NCBI GenBank assembly: GCA_031962025.1
Contig: JAVRKW010000004.1
Strand: one strand, 5' to 3'
Origin: Pseudothermotoga sp.
GTDB lineage: Bacteria; Thermotogota; Thermotogae; Thermotogales; DSM-5069
DNA length: 64,000 nt
This document shows, piece after piece, positions 1-8,385 of this stretch; position 1 is the stretch's first letter; every line of letters begins with the position of its first letter. The notes under the pieces are model-generated. The model was not told where the DNA came from. It searched no databases and was given only the letters and a program-made list of their open reading frames with translations. Made by a program: the position numbers and the translations under genes.

Positions 1-14
1 TAATTCTAATACTT

Positions 15-435
15 GTCCGAATGAAGATACTCTCTGAAAGAGATGGAAACGCAACAGCCTCCGCGGTCCTCAGGGCTCTGCGGATATTCGGTCCGAATGA
101 AGATACTCTCTGAAAGAGATGGAAACTTTTCTTTATTTCTTGTTCTTTGAAAAACCTGTATACCTGTCCGAATGAAGATACTCTCTGAAAGAGATGGAAA
201 CTCAACGAATTGCGCTACGTTCGCGTATTCGTCGAGTATCTTTTGTCCGAATGAAGATACTCTCTGAAAGAGATGGAAACCAACTACTTTTGCTTATTGA
301 AACTTCAAATTCTCCAATATGTCCGAATGAAGATACTCTCTGAAAGAGATGGAAACGAATCTCCTCGGGAGTTAGTTCCCTCCCGAGGAGTTTTTCAATG
401 TCCGAATGAAGATACTCTCTGAAAGAGATGGAAAC
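15..435 (+). CRISPR. CRISPR array, 3' part (continues off the left edge); 6 identical 36-bp repeats GTCCGAATGAAGATACTCTCTGAAAGAGATGGAAAC, 5 complete spacers of 39-43 bp
   Basis: Repeats at 15-50, 91-126, 166-201, 245-280, 321-356, 400-435. The repeat has a TCTCT-GAA-AGAGA hairpin and ends ATGGAAAC (typical 8-nt 5' tag). Reverse complements of spacers 1-4 read as open coding-like frames, consistent with + strand crRNA for a type III system. Confidence 0.98.
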
Positions 436-493
436 ATTTTAATTTCATTTATTAAAAGAGAATTTTTCTCGAGGGTTTTTGTGGAAAAACTTG

Positions 494-750
494 GGAAGCA
501 GGCAAATCTATATATACGCCTGCACAAATTTGGAAGGGGCGCATGTTTTACGAATTTATTATGTAAATTTTATGTAAGTTTTATTATCACGTAATGGTTT
601 TATTCGTATCGTAAAACGTGCGCATTCGATTTCGGTTAGCTCGAAAACGTCGGACGCGTATCGAGTCGCAGAAAAATTCACTTTTTATAACCGAAATCAA
701 AATGATTCCCTTTCCAAAAAACCTGTAGATAATTCAGTCTGCCTGCTTCC
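494..750 (+). ncRNA. Candidate structured RNA (six nested helices) between the CRISPR array and cmr1; function unknown
   Basis: Pairings read by eye: 494-504/740-750, 506-512/724-730, 529-539/708-718, 540-553/609-622, 628-638/688-698, 639-644/661-666. Internal non-WC pairs are G-U on the + strand. Confidence 0.5.
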
Positions 751-867
751 TTTGATGACTTTTTGGCTGAGGGGTATGTGGATTATGTCAGAAAATCTCA
801 ATTGGCTGGATCAGTATTATTGAGAATGGAATGAATTTTTGTGAAGGTTTCAGGAAAATAAGGGGGT

Positions 868-2229
868 GTGATAGGTGTGATAAGTAAACAGGTTGAATGC
901 AAAGTGGTAACACCAATCATATCAAAGAGTATGGATTTTTCCGAGAATCAATCTCCGGTATACAAAATTTATTCTTTTGAACTCAGACCACAGAGTGTCA
1001 AAGGCGTTTTACATTCCTGGTTTCGCGCAATAGCACCAAGAGTAATTGATATTTACAAATTAAACTTTGATAACATCAAAAATGAAGACAGGCGAAAAGA
1101 ACTTGAGAAGATTTATAAAAAAGAAAATTATAAGGGTTTGAAATTTTTAGAATCGATGATCTTTGGATCGCAAAATCAGAAGGCTGAATTTTGTTTGATT
1201 GTCAAATACTCTCGAAAGGATACAGTTCCAATTGGCAAAATAGAAATAACATTTGACAGAAATAATAAACAAAAGTTGAGGTTTAACATAAATCCTCAAC
1301 TTACTAACAAGAAAGATCTTCTGTATCCACTCTATGGAACATACCTTTTGTCAAGAAATCAACGAGATAATTTTGTTTGTGAATGTTTGAAGCCGCAAAG
1401 CATGTTTGAACTGGTTTTTCTTACAAAGGACGAGTACACATGGAATGTCATTTATTCCATATTAAAAATAGTTTCTGTGTTATCTGGTTTTGGTGCAAAG
1501 ACAACAAAAGGTTTTGGGCAGTTTGAGATAATAAATGACAAAGATTTTCACAGAGGGGAATATGTAAGTAAGGAAAAAATAGAAGAATTGATCAAACAAG
1601 CAGAAAAGGCTTTAATTGATTACATAAATGAAAATGATAAAGACAAATTGATTGTACTTGGTAAAAGTTCTGTTCCTGAATTTCCGAGCCTGGCAGAAGG
1701 CGCGTTTGAATTTTACGGTCTTTTAGAAACAGGGACAGAATGGTCCGAAGTTATGTCAAGGCTTTATTACTTAAGTAGAAGCAACAGGGGCTGGTACAGA
1801 CAGCTCAAATACAGTCTCAGAAAAATGAATCAGAAAATCAATCAGAAAGAAAATTCAAACCGCGATGCCGTTAAAGATCTGATTGAGTGTCTTGAAGGAC
1901 GCTTGAAGGAAGTAGAGATTTCTCCAGCTATCCTTGGTATGCCTTTACAATATCAAAAATTGAAATCCAGAGTTGAAAAAATAACATTTTACCCAAAAGT
2001 TCCAGGGGAAGAAAACGACAGGGGCAGAAAACCTTCTCCTTTGAAAATTATCATAAACAAATCCGGTCAACACTGGGCGGCTTATGGATTGCTGCTCAAA
2101 AGTAAGCTTACCAGTGATGAACAACTGATTTATGATATCTCGAGTGATTTTAAAGCAAAACTAACAACTACTTTTGATGAATTGGATGAGAAAATTAAGA
2201 AAAATGAAAAGGGGGGTAGAAACCATTGA
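868..2229 (+). CDS. cmr1: Type III-B CRISPR RAMP protein Cmr1
   Basis: ELRPQSVKGVLHSWFRA, IFGS, GFGAKTTKGFG G-rich loop, LGMPL and RKPSPL motifs; first gene of the cmr operon. Confidence 0.9.
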   Translation: MIGVISKQVECKVVTPIISKSMDFSENQSPVYKIYSFELRPQSVKGVLHSWFRAIAPRVIDIYKLNFDNIKNEDRRKELEKIYKKENYKGLKFLESMIFGSQNQKAEFCLIVKYSRKDTVPIGKIEITFDRNNKQKLRFNINPQLTNKKDLLYPLYGTYLLSRNQRDNFVCECLKPQSMFELVFLTKDEYTWNVIYSILKIVSVLSGFGAKTTKGFGQFEIINDKDFHRGEYVSKEKIEELIKQAEKALIDYINENDKDKLIVLGKSSVPEFPSLAEGAFEFYGLLETGTEWSEVMSRLYYLSRSNRGWYRQLKYSLRKMNQKINQKENSNRDAVKDLIECLEGRLKEVEISPAILGMPLQYQKLKSRVEKITFYPKVPGEENDRGRKPSPLKIIINKSGQHWAAYGLLLKSKLTSDEQLIYDISSDFKAKLTTTFDELDEKIKKNEKGGRNH

Positions 2230-4562
2230 CGCAGATGACTTTTTGGCAGAAAAAAATTTCGGCGCTTTTACATGATCCTTTAACCAAAGTTTTTGATATA
2301 AAATCGCACGAAGATCTGGTTGAAGAAATCTGTAAGAGTATCGGTATAGAAAAAACGCAGGGAGGCAGTGAAGAAGACAAAGTTGCTAGTGCTTTTGACA
2401 GATTTCCTATTCCATTTGAACGTTTTGGTCCACAGATCAGAGTTAGTCTAAGCGAGCTGGCGTATTTTATCCACCCACTTTCTGCAAGCAAATTAAAAAT
2501 AAATTACTCAAGCATAGATCAACAAAAATATGTGGAAAAACTGATGAACGATATCATGAAATTGCGAAGTCAAAACAAAGATGACGTAAAGTTTTATCAC
2601 GCGCTCTGGTGGGAACTTCCAAATATCATGGATATCTCACAATTCCTGCCTGCTGATACAAGAATTCCAAATCATTCCATAATTGATCATGTCGATTCAA
2701 CCGCCGCAATAAGATCCTGCATTGAAAGCCAGCAGGTTAATGCTTCTTTGGTAATGATTTCCATAGGTCCTGTGCAGGAAATAATTTCTCAGGCAAGAAA
2801 AACTGTTGATCTGTGGGCTGGAAGTTATTTACTGTCCTATTTGATCTATCAAGCTATCGAACACATAGGTTGTGAACTTGGTTTTGATTCAGTAATATAC
2901 CCATACCTAAGAGGAAACAGATTTGTTTATAAAACCCTTGAAAAACTCCAGGTAAAACTCTTGAACCAAAGTCCCATTCCCCAGATGCATGAAAAAATTG
3001 CTTCACTGCCAAATGTCGTGCTTGCCATTTTACCATCTAATAGATCTCACGAGATTATAAAGGTTTGCAAAGACAGGATCAAGCAAGAATGGAGAAAAAT
3101 AGCGGAAAATGCCCTGAGAGAACTTCAGAAATATCAGATAAACAAACAGGAATTTGAAAGGCAAATTGACCTTTTTCCAACTATAAATGCTACCCAGGTT
3201 AATCTGGTAAATGATCAAACAGTTTTGCAAGAAACCATGATACATATCTCACAGAGCCCAGATTTCAAATTGTACAAGGATCTGATTGATAAGATTTCGA
3301 AATATGGGGGGTACTCTTCTAATGCCGGGACATTTTACAAATACATATACAAAATGCTTATTTCTAAGATGAATGCCATAAAGATTATTAGATATTTCAA
3401 GGGTTATATGAGTGATGCACAACTCAATAATCAAAGAAACGCCGATGATTTCGGTGATTACGTAAGAGCGTGCGTGGAAGTAATCGATAAACAAAAAGAC
3501 GAAGAAAACAGAGATTTACTTGGAACATTGAATGCTACCAAAAGGGTGCTGAAAAAAATTCTTGGCATAGAAGATATAAGATACGAATCAACTGAAGAGA
3601 TTGCAAAGCAAAACGAAAATTTCGATAGAAATAAGTATATTGCAATACTCATGATGGATGGAGATAACATGGGTAAGTGGATTTCTGGTGACAAGGCACC
3701 AATGGCTGAAAATGTTATTCATTCGAAGGTAAGAGAGAGTTTAACCCAGATTGTTATAGACCAAGATCTGCGCCATTGTTTTGTCACCCCATCGTATCAT
3801 AAAGCTATTTCAAGGACGCTTGGAATATTTTCTTGTTTTGTCAGACATGTTGTTGAAGAAGAATACAAAGGAATGCTCATATATGCCGGTGGAGATGATG
3901 TCCTTGCCATACTACCAGCAGATAAGGTTCTGGAGTGTGCTAATAAATTACGAAAAATGTACAGCGGAATTTGGCACGAGAGATTAAAAATAGAGAATAC
4001 CGAATATGAGTTCAAAGATGAAATGCTTTTTGTAAACGGTAAGCCTTATACGATTATGATGGGGAAGAGCGTTTCTATGAGTGCTGGTATAGCTATAATT
4101 CATCACAAAAGTCCACTGAGAATTGGTATACAACTTGCGAGAAATGCTGAACATTACGCAAAAGAAAAACTTTCAAGAAATGCGTTTGGAATATACATTG
4201 TGCGTCGCTCAGGGCAAGTTGCGGAAATCGGTTCAAAGTGGGATGTGGATGATATAGACGTGATATCCACAGCTATTGATATAAACGAAAAATCAGAAAA
4301 GGTCGGATTATCCAGTAGGAGTCTTTACAAGTTCCGTCCAGAAGATCTGCAAATACTGAAGGATGAACATCTTGAAGATCTGATCGATTACATTATGAAG
4401 AAATCTGATGCTAAGAATAAAGGATCAGATGAGTTCAAGCAATTAACATTGCAAATAAAGAAATTCATGGCTACCCTATCTGGCGGAAAAGTGAACTATC
4501 TAAGCAGAGCCATTGATTTATTGCTGGCTGTTCGGTTCACAAAGAGGGGTGAAAAAGCATGA
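2226..4562 (+). CDS. cas10: Type III-B Cas10 (Cmr2)
   Basis: N-terminal LLHDP, PADTRIPNHSIIDH, GPVQ..I.QARKT.DLWAGSYLLS, MDGDNMGK and YAGGDDVLA Palm motif. Confidence 0.97.
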   Translation: MTQMTFWQKKISALLHDPLTKVFDIKSHEDLVEEICKSIGIEKTQGGSEEDKVASAFDRFPIPFERFGPQIRVSLSELAYFIHPLSASKLKINYSSIDQQKYVEKLMNDIMKLRSQNKDDVKFYHALWWELPNIMDISQFLPADTRIPNHSIIDHVDSTAAIRSCIESQQVNASLVMISIGPVQEIISQARKTVDLWAGSYLLSYLIYQAIEHIGCELGFDSVIYPYLRGNRFVYKTLEKLQVKLLNQSPIPQMHEKIASLPNVVLAILPSNRSHEIIKVCKDRIKQEWRKIAENALRELQKYQINKQEFERQIDLFPTINATQVNLVNDQTVLQETMIHISQSPDFKLYKDLIDKISKYGGYSSNAGTFYKYIYKMLISKMNAIKIIRYFKGYMSDAQLNNQRNADDFGDYVRACVEVIDKQKDEENRDLLGTLNATKRVLKKILGIEDIRYESTEEIAKQNENFDRNKYIAILMMDGDNMGKWISGDKAPMAENVIHSKVRESLTQIVIDQDLRHCFVTPSYHKAISRTLGIFSCFVRHVVEEEYKGMLIYAGGDDVLAILPADKVLECANKLRKMYSGIWHERLKIENTEYEFKDEMLFVNGKPYTIMMGKSVSMSAGIAIIHHKSPLRIGIQLARNAEHYAKEKLSRNAFGIYIVRRSGQVAEIGSKWDVDDIDVISTAIDINEKSEKVGLSSRSLYKFRPEDLQILKDEHLEDLIDYIMKKSDAKNKGSDEFKQLTLQIKKFMATLSGGKVNYLSRAIDLLLAVRFTKRGEKA

Positions 4563-5599
4563 ATGAATTATATGCTGTCTACTTTCAACCAGAAGATTGG
4601 CTGGCTTTCAGAGAAAACCGCAGATTCAATCCAGGAGATACGGTAAAATCAGTTTTTCCTTCCCCCTTTCCATTTTACGGAGCTGTCAGAACGGCACTGC
4701 TAAAAAAGTATGGTGTAAAACTGAATTACCACCAGAAAGTAGATCTTTCACGGGATCTTATTGAGAAAATAGGCGATGAAAATGATCCGGGAATGATAAG
4801 ACTCTTTGGACCTTTTCTTTATTCAGAGCAACATGGTGAAAAAAAACATTACTTTCCTGCTCCCAAGAATGTTTATAAGCATGGTTCAGTTTATAAAATA
4901 ATGCGGTACTTTGACACAGAAGTAGAATTAGATGATTTAAAGTTAGGACTAGCCTGGATACCTGAGTATGATAATGTCCAGGAAGCTGAAGAAAAATACA
5001 TAGAAGCACGGGAACTTATAAAGCTTCAGTCAGGAGAAAGTTTTGTCCTCTGCAATCCTGAAAATTTTGAAATCGAGTCTAAGCTGGGTGTTGCTCTGGA
5101 AAAATCGCAGAAAAAAGCACAGGAAGGCATGATTTATACTATGGCATTCTACAGATTCAAAGACGGTGGTTTTTTCATGCTCACAGACAGTCAGAAAACT
5201 GTTGAGGAACTCTCCAAAATAGATGGAGTTTTTCTCGGTTCAAAGCAAAGATGGTGCAGTTTAAAGATCGAATCGTTTTCGCACAATATATTTAAAAGAA
5301 TAGAGAGTAAAGAAATTGCGATAGAACTAATAACACCAGCAATCTATGATAATGGTATCGTGCCGAAGGAAGGTAGATTTGGCGAGGTGAAAATCAAAGC
5401 CATAGCAGCTGGCAAAAAAATAGCGATATCTGGCTGGGATTATGCTTCAGGAAAGCCGAAACCAATTTGTCAAGCTGTAAGCCCTGGAACGGTGTATTAT
5501 CTTGAAAAAATTCCTGAAGACGATGAAAACATAATAAAACAGAGCTTTTACAACCAGTTTGGTTTTGGACGATTTGTGTATATACCTTTTAAGAGTTAG
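4559..5599 (+). CDS. cmr3: Type III-B Cmr3
   Basis: FRENRRF..G, FPSP.PFYGAVRT, GWDY..KPKP, PGTVYY, C-terminal GFG. Confidence 0.93.
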   Translation: MNELYAVYFQPEDWLAFRENRRFNPGDTVKSVFPSPFPFYGAVRTALLKKYGVKLNYHQKVDLSRDLIEKIGDENDPGMIRLFGPFLYSEQHGEKKHYFPAPKNVYKHGSVYKIMRYFDTEVELDDLKLGLAWIPEYDNVQEAEEKYIEARELIKLQSGESFVLCNPENFEIESKLGVALEKSQKKAQEGMIYTMAFYRFKDGGFFMLTDSQKTVEELSKIDGVFLGSKQRWCSLKIESFSHNIFKRIESKEIAIELITPAIYDNGIVPKEGRFGEVKIKAIAAGKKIAISGWDYASGKPKPICQAVSPGTVYYLEKIPEDDENIIKQSFYNQFGFGRFVYIPFKS

Positions 5600-5614
5600 A
5601 AAGGGGGAAAAGCG

Positions 5615-6454
5615 ATGGAGAGTAAAGTGTTTTTAATGCATGCTGAAACCGAGCTTCACGCAGGCAAGGGAATGGATATCGGGGTTGTAGATCTTCCCAT
5701 CCAGAGAGAAAGAACGACAAGATTCCCGATCATTCAGGGCGTCAAAGGTGCTCTGAGAGCAAATATAAATGATGGTAAGCTGAACAAAGAAAAAATCTTT
5801 GGTAGTGAACCAGACGAAAGACAAGAAACAAAGCCAGGAGCTGTTGCTTTTTCTGAAGCCAAAATACTTCTCTTTCCAGTTAGAAATCCTGAAAGACTCT
5901 TTGTCTGGGTTAGCTGTCCACTCGTGCTCATCAGGTTTTTGAAAAATTTTCCGTCTCGAGGTCTCTTGATTGAATCTATAGAAAAAACACATATAAGTGA
6001 TTCTGAAGCTTTTGTGTCGGACGATCAGTACAATCAATTTCATGTTTGGCTTGAAGATATAAAATTAACTGCTAAAAAATGTGACTGGTTGTCCGAGTTC
6101 GCTGAAAAAATCAGCGAAAAAGTCAGCGATATAAGGTACATAAAAGATAAACTCAGAAAGGATATTGTGCTGGTTAATGACAAAGTGTTCTCACAAATTG
6201 TGGAAACAATGACTAATGTGATACCAAGAGTGAGAATAAACCACGAAAAAGGAATAGTCGAAACAGGTGCTCTTTGGTATGAAGAGTATCTACCGCAAGA
6301 TACAATTATGTATTTCACAGCAAGAGAAACAGTATATTCGAAAGAGAACGAGCTGAAATCACTTGAAGAAGTTTTAAAAAATAAAGTGATTTCAATAGGT
6401 GGAAAAGAAACCCTGGGTAAGGGTCTGGTAAGCCTGAAGGTGGTGGATTTATGA
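5615..6454 (+). CDS. cmr4: Type III-B Cmr4 (backbone RNase)
   Basis: LHAGKG, VDLPIQRE (catalytic Asp present), LLFPVR, GALWYEEYLP, IGGKETLGKG. Confidence 0.96.
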   Translation: MESKVFLMHAETELHAGKGMDIGVVDLPIQRERTTRFPIIQGVKGALRANINDGKLNKEKIFGSEPDERQETKPGAVAFSEAKILLFPVRNPERLFVWVSCPLVLIRFLKNFPSRGLLIESIEKTHISDSEAFVSDDQYNQFHVWLEDIKLTAKKCDWLSEFAEKISEKVSDIRYIKDKLRKDIVLVNDKVFSQIVETMTNVIPRVRINHEKGIVETGALWYEEYLPQDTIMYFTARETVYSKENELKSLEEVLKNKVISIGGKETLGKGLVSLKVVDL

Positions 6455-6786
6455 TTGAAGTTGCAAAAAAAGCAGTAGAGCTTATAGTTTCGATACGTGA
6501 TGATAAAAAGGAAGAATATCTTCGAACTGTCAGAGGACTTGGAAGCCTTGTAGTACAAAATGGTCTGCTTGGTGCAATATTATTCACCAAGAAGAAAGGA
6601 CCTCAAGAAGTTGTTGATCATCTTGAACAACTTATAAGAATCAAAATCGGTTCAGATAAGTTTTCTATGAATGAAATCATAAATGGCAGTATAACTCAGG
6701 AAAAATACTTACAGATTCAAATAGCGGCTTTAGATTGCATAAAATGGTTAAAAAGATATTCTGAGATACTCTTAGGTGGTGACTGA
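6451..6786 (+). CDS. cmr5: Type III-B small subunit Cmr5
   Basis: 111 aa helical protein with Y...VRGL.SLV.QNGL and WLKRY, between cmr4 and cmr6. Confidence 0.9.
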   Translation: MIEVAKKAVELIVSIRDDKKEEYLRTVRGLGSLVVQNGLLGAILFTKKKGPQEVVDHLEQLIRIKIGSDKFSMNEIINGSITQEKYLQIQIAALDCIKWLKRYSEILLGGD

Positions 6787-6788
6787 CC

Positions 6789-7541
6789 ATGAGTTCTAAT
6801 CCTCCAGACAGCAAGAATTTCAGTCTTTATTGGGATAAATACACTTTCATGTTGTTTAGAGATTATCTGGAAGATGGCGATAGAGAGAAAATCACAGCTA
6901 AAATACTTCAAAAAGTTGAAAAAATAAGAAAAACATATACAGGAGAAGTAATGCCTTATATGAAAGAGCAAAGGGATTATCTAAAAGAAAAACTCAAGGA
7001 CAGGGTGATATTCGATATTGAACTTGAGCTTGATAGCAGATTACTTGTTGGTAGTGGCTCTCCAAGCATACTTGAAGTTGGAATGACCTTTTCCAGAAAC
7101 TACGGGGTTCCAATAATTCCATCTTCTGCTCTCAAAGGATGTTTTTCACATTATTGTTTTGAGAAAGAAATCTTCAGTAAAGAGGAGTATAAGACCATTT
7201 TTGGACAAGATATAAGCCAAGATCCGGAAAATGTTTGTGGAAGTGTTCTTTTTCTGGATGCTTTTCCTACATCAGGGCTAAAATTTGGGCTGGATGTAGT
7301 GAACAACCATTTTCAAAGATACTATATGGATGGAGAAATACCAAATGACTGGTATAATCCTGTTCCTGTGGTTTACTTAACGTTGACGGAAGGCGTATTT
7401 AGGTTCACTGTGATCTCAATAGATAGAATATCTTCAGAGCTCAGTTCAAAGATAAAAACGAGCTTTGTTGATATGATAAGCAGTTATGGAATAGGTTCGA
7501 AAACAAATTATGGTTATGGCAGGTTTAAAAAAGGTAACTGA
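6789..7541 (+). CDS. cmr6: Type III-B Cmr6
   Basis: RLLVGSG, YGVPIIPSSALKG, GSVLFLDAFP, DVVNNH, GIGSKTNYGYGRF. Confidence 0.95.
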   Translation: MSSNPPDSKNFSLYWDKYTFMLFRDYLEDGDREKITAKILQKVEKIRKTYTGEVMPYMKEQRDYLKEKLKDRVIFDIELELDSRLLVGSGSPSILEVGMTFSRNYGVPIIPSSALKGCFSHYCFEKEIFSKEEYKTIFGQDISQDPENVCGSVLFLDAFPTSGLKFGLDVVNNHFQRYYMDGEIPNDWYNPVPVVYLTLTEGVFRFTVISIDRISSELSSKIKTSFVDMISSYGIGSKTNYGYGRFKKGN

Positions 7542-7577
7542 TAGTAAATGGTCTTAAAAAACCATCATTTTGTTTTG

Positions 7578-7605
7578 AAGGCGGTTGCAAAACCGCCTTT
7601 TGTTT
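7578..7605 (+). terminator. Intrinsic terminator after cmr6
   Basis: AAGGCGGTT-GCAA-AACCGCCTT followed by a T-rich tract. Confidence 0.8.
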
Positions 7606-7625
7606 GTGATTGTTTCAAATCTTAC

Positions 7626-7894
7626 AAAAAAACAAGCCAGAAAGCACATTCCATTTATGGGATTGTGATGAATGGCTTAAGTTATTCTGGTGATGAATGT
7701 GTATAATAAAAGTAGTAATATGTTAAAAGCATTAGGGCTGGACCGGTCCGAATTAAAGCCCGTGGAGTGGGAGACCACTGCCAAGATATTTAGGGGCAAT
7801 CCCTATATTCTGGTAAGTCACACCATGTTGAAGCGGGAAGCCTAATCTCCTTAATGGGAATCCTATCCCATTTAGGAAATTGGGAGGAGGTCAA
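7626..7894 (+). mobile_element. Non-autonomous IS200/IS605-family element (internally deleted; left end, TnpB C-terminal/omega-RNA remnant, right end)
   Basis: Preceded by TTAC (7622-7625). AAAG precedes the left-end hairpin, GAAT precedes the right-end hairpin, and the element ends TCAA (the IS608-type tetranucleotide set). 7720-7845 encodes a TnpB-like C-terminal tail MLKALGLDRSELKPVEWE...TMLKREA. Confidence 0.8.
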
Positions 7895-8082
7895 TCTACC
7901 TTTTTCTTTTCCCGCCGTCTAAAAAACCACGCTGCTACAAAGCATATGATCGTGCTCACAGGAGTGAATGAACAGTGGGCACGGTATCCCAGCAAAGAAA
8001 CTTTGCTTGCCGGTGCAGGGACAATGGTGGAAATTCCCGCGATAATTGCCGCCCAGAAAAAGATTCGCCAGTATCTTTTCAT
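7891..8082 (-). CDS. Small two-TM membrane protein (63 aa) with SLLGYRAHCSFTPVST loop
   Basis: GAGGGG SD before ATG; two hydrophobic segments; basic C-terminus; stop codon supplied by the IS right end. Confidence 0.7.
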   Translation of the reverse strand: MKRYWRIFFWAAIIAGISTIVPAPASKVSLLGYRAHCSFTPVSTIICFVAAWFFRRREKKKVD

Positions 8083-8293
8083 TTGCCCCCTCCTTTCCAG
8101 CCTTACCTATTTTTTCTGCTCCATTATACTCTTTGACCTCCTTGTCAAGTGAAAAACTGTCATTTATCAAGCACAGTTGTGCGTGGTTTTACTTTAGGCT
8201 AAGTTCTAAAAAGTAGTGGCACAAGTTCACTGCCTTATATAATTTGGAAAATCATGAAAGAGCATCAAATAGATAAGGCTTTACAGATCTTGT

Positions 8294-8317
8294 GGCGGTT
8301 GAAAAACCGCCTTTTTC
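8294..8317 (+). terminator. Intrinsic-terminator-like hairpin, near copy of the cmr6 terminator
   Basis: GGCGGTT-GAAA-AACCGCC-TTTTTC. Confidence 0.6.
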
Positions 8318-8385
8318 TTTCTAAGGTGAAACTGTCAGAAAATTATTTCAAACTGGATCAATTTATCATTGGGAGGTGAAGGGTT

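Noticed and set aside
294..303. TTATTGAAAC inside spacer 4 resembles another CRISPR repeat end
   Set aside because: Short match that also fits the antisense coding frame of the spacer; likely coincidence.
406..594. 62-aa ORF in the ORF track
   Set aside because: Starts at the ATG inside a CRISPR repeat, has no SD and overlaps the structured non-coding region; spurious.
620..720. Possible tracrRNA-like anti-repeat (CATTCG, TCGGAC, TTTCCA match the repeat's reverse complement)
   Set aside because: Only scattered 6-mers, not contiguous; expected by chance.
7720..7845. 41-codon ORF as a functional TnpB
   Set aside because: Only the C-terminal tail is present, with no RuvC or Zn finger; treated as part of the IS remnant.
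7891..8082. Small membrane protein as a type III membrane effector or type I toxin
   Set aside because: Opposite strand to cmr, no CARF/SAVED domain and no clear dedicated antitoxin; no supporting evidence.
8123..8148. TTGACA...TATAAT on the minus strand upstream of the 63-aa gene
   Set aside because: The spacer is only 14 bp, so it is not called as a promoter.
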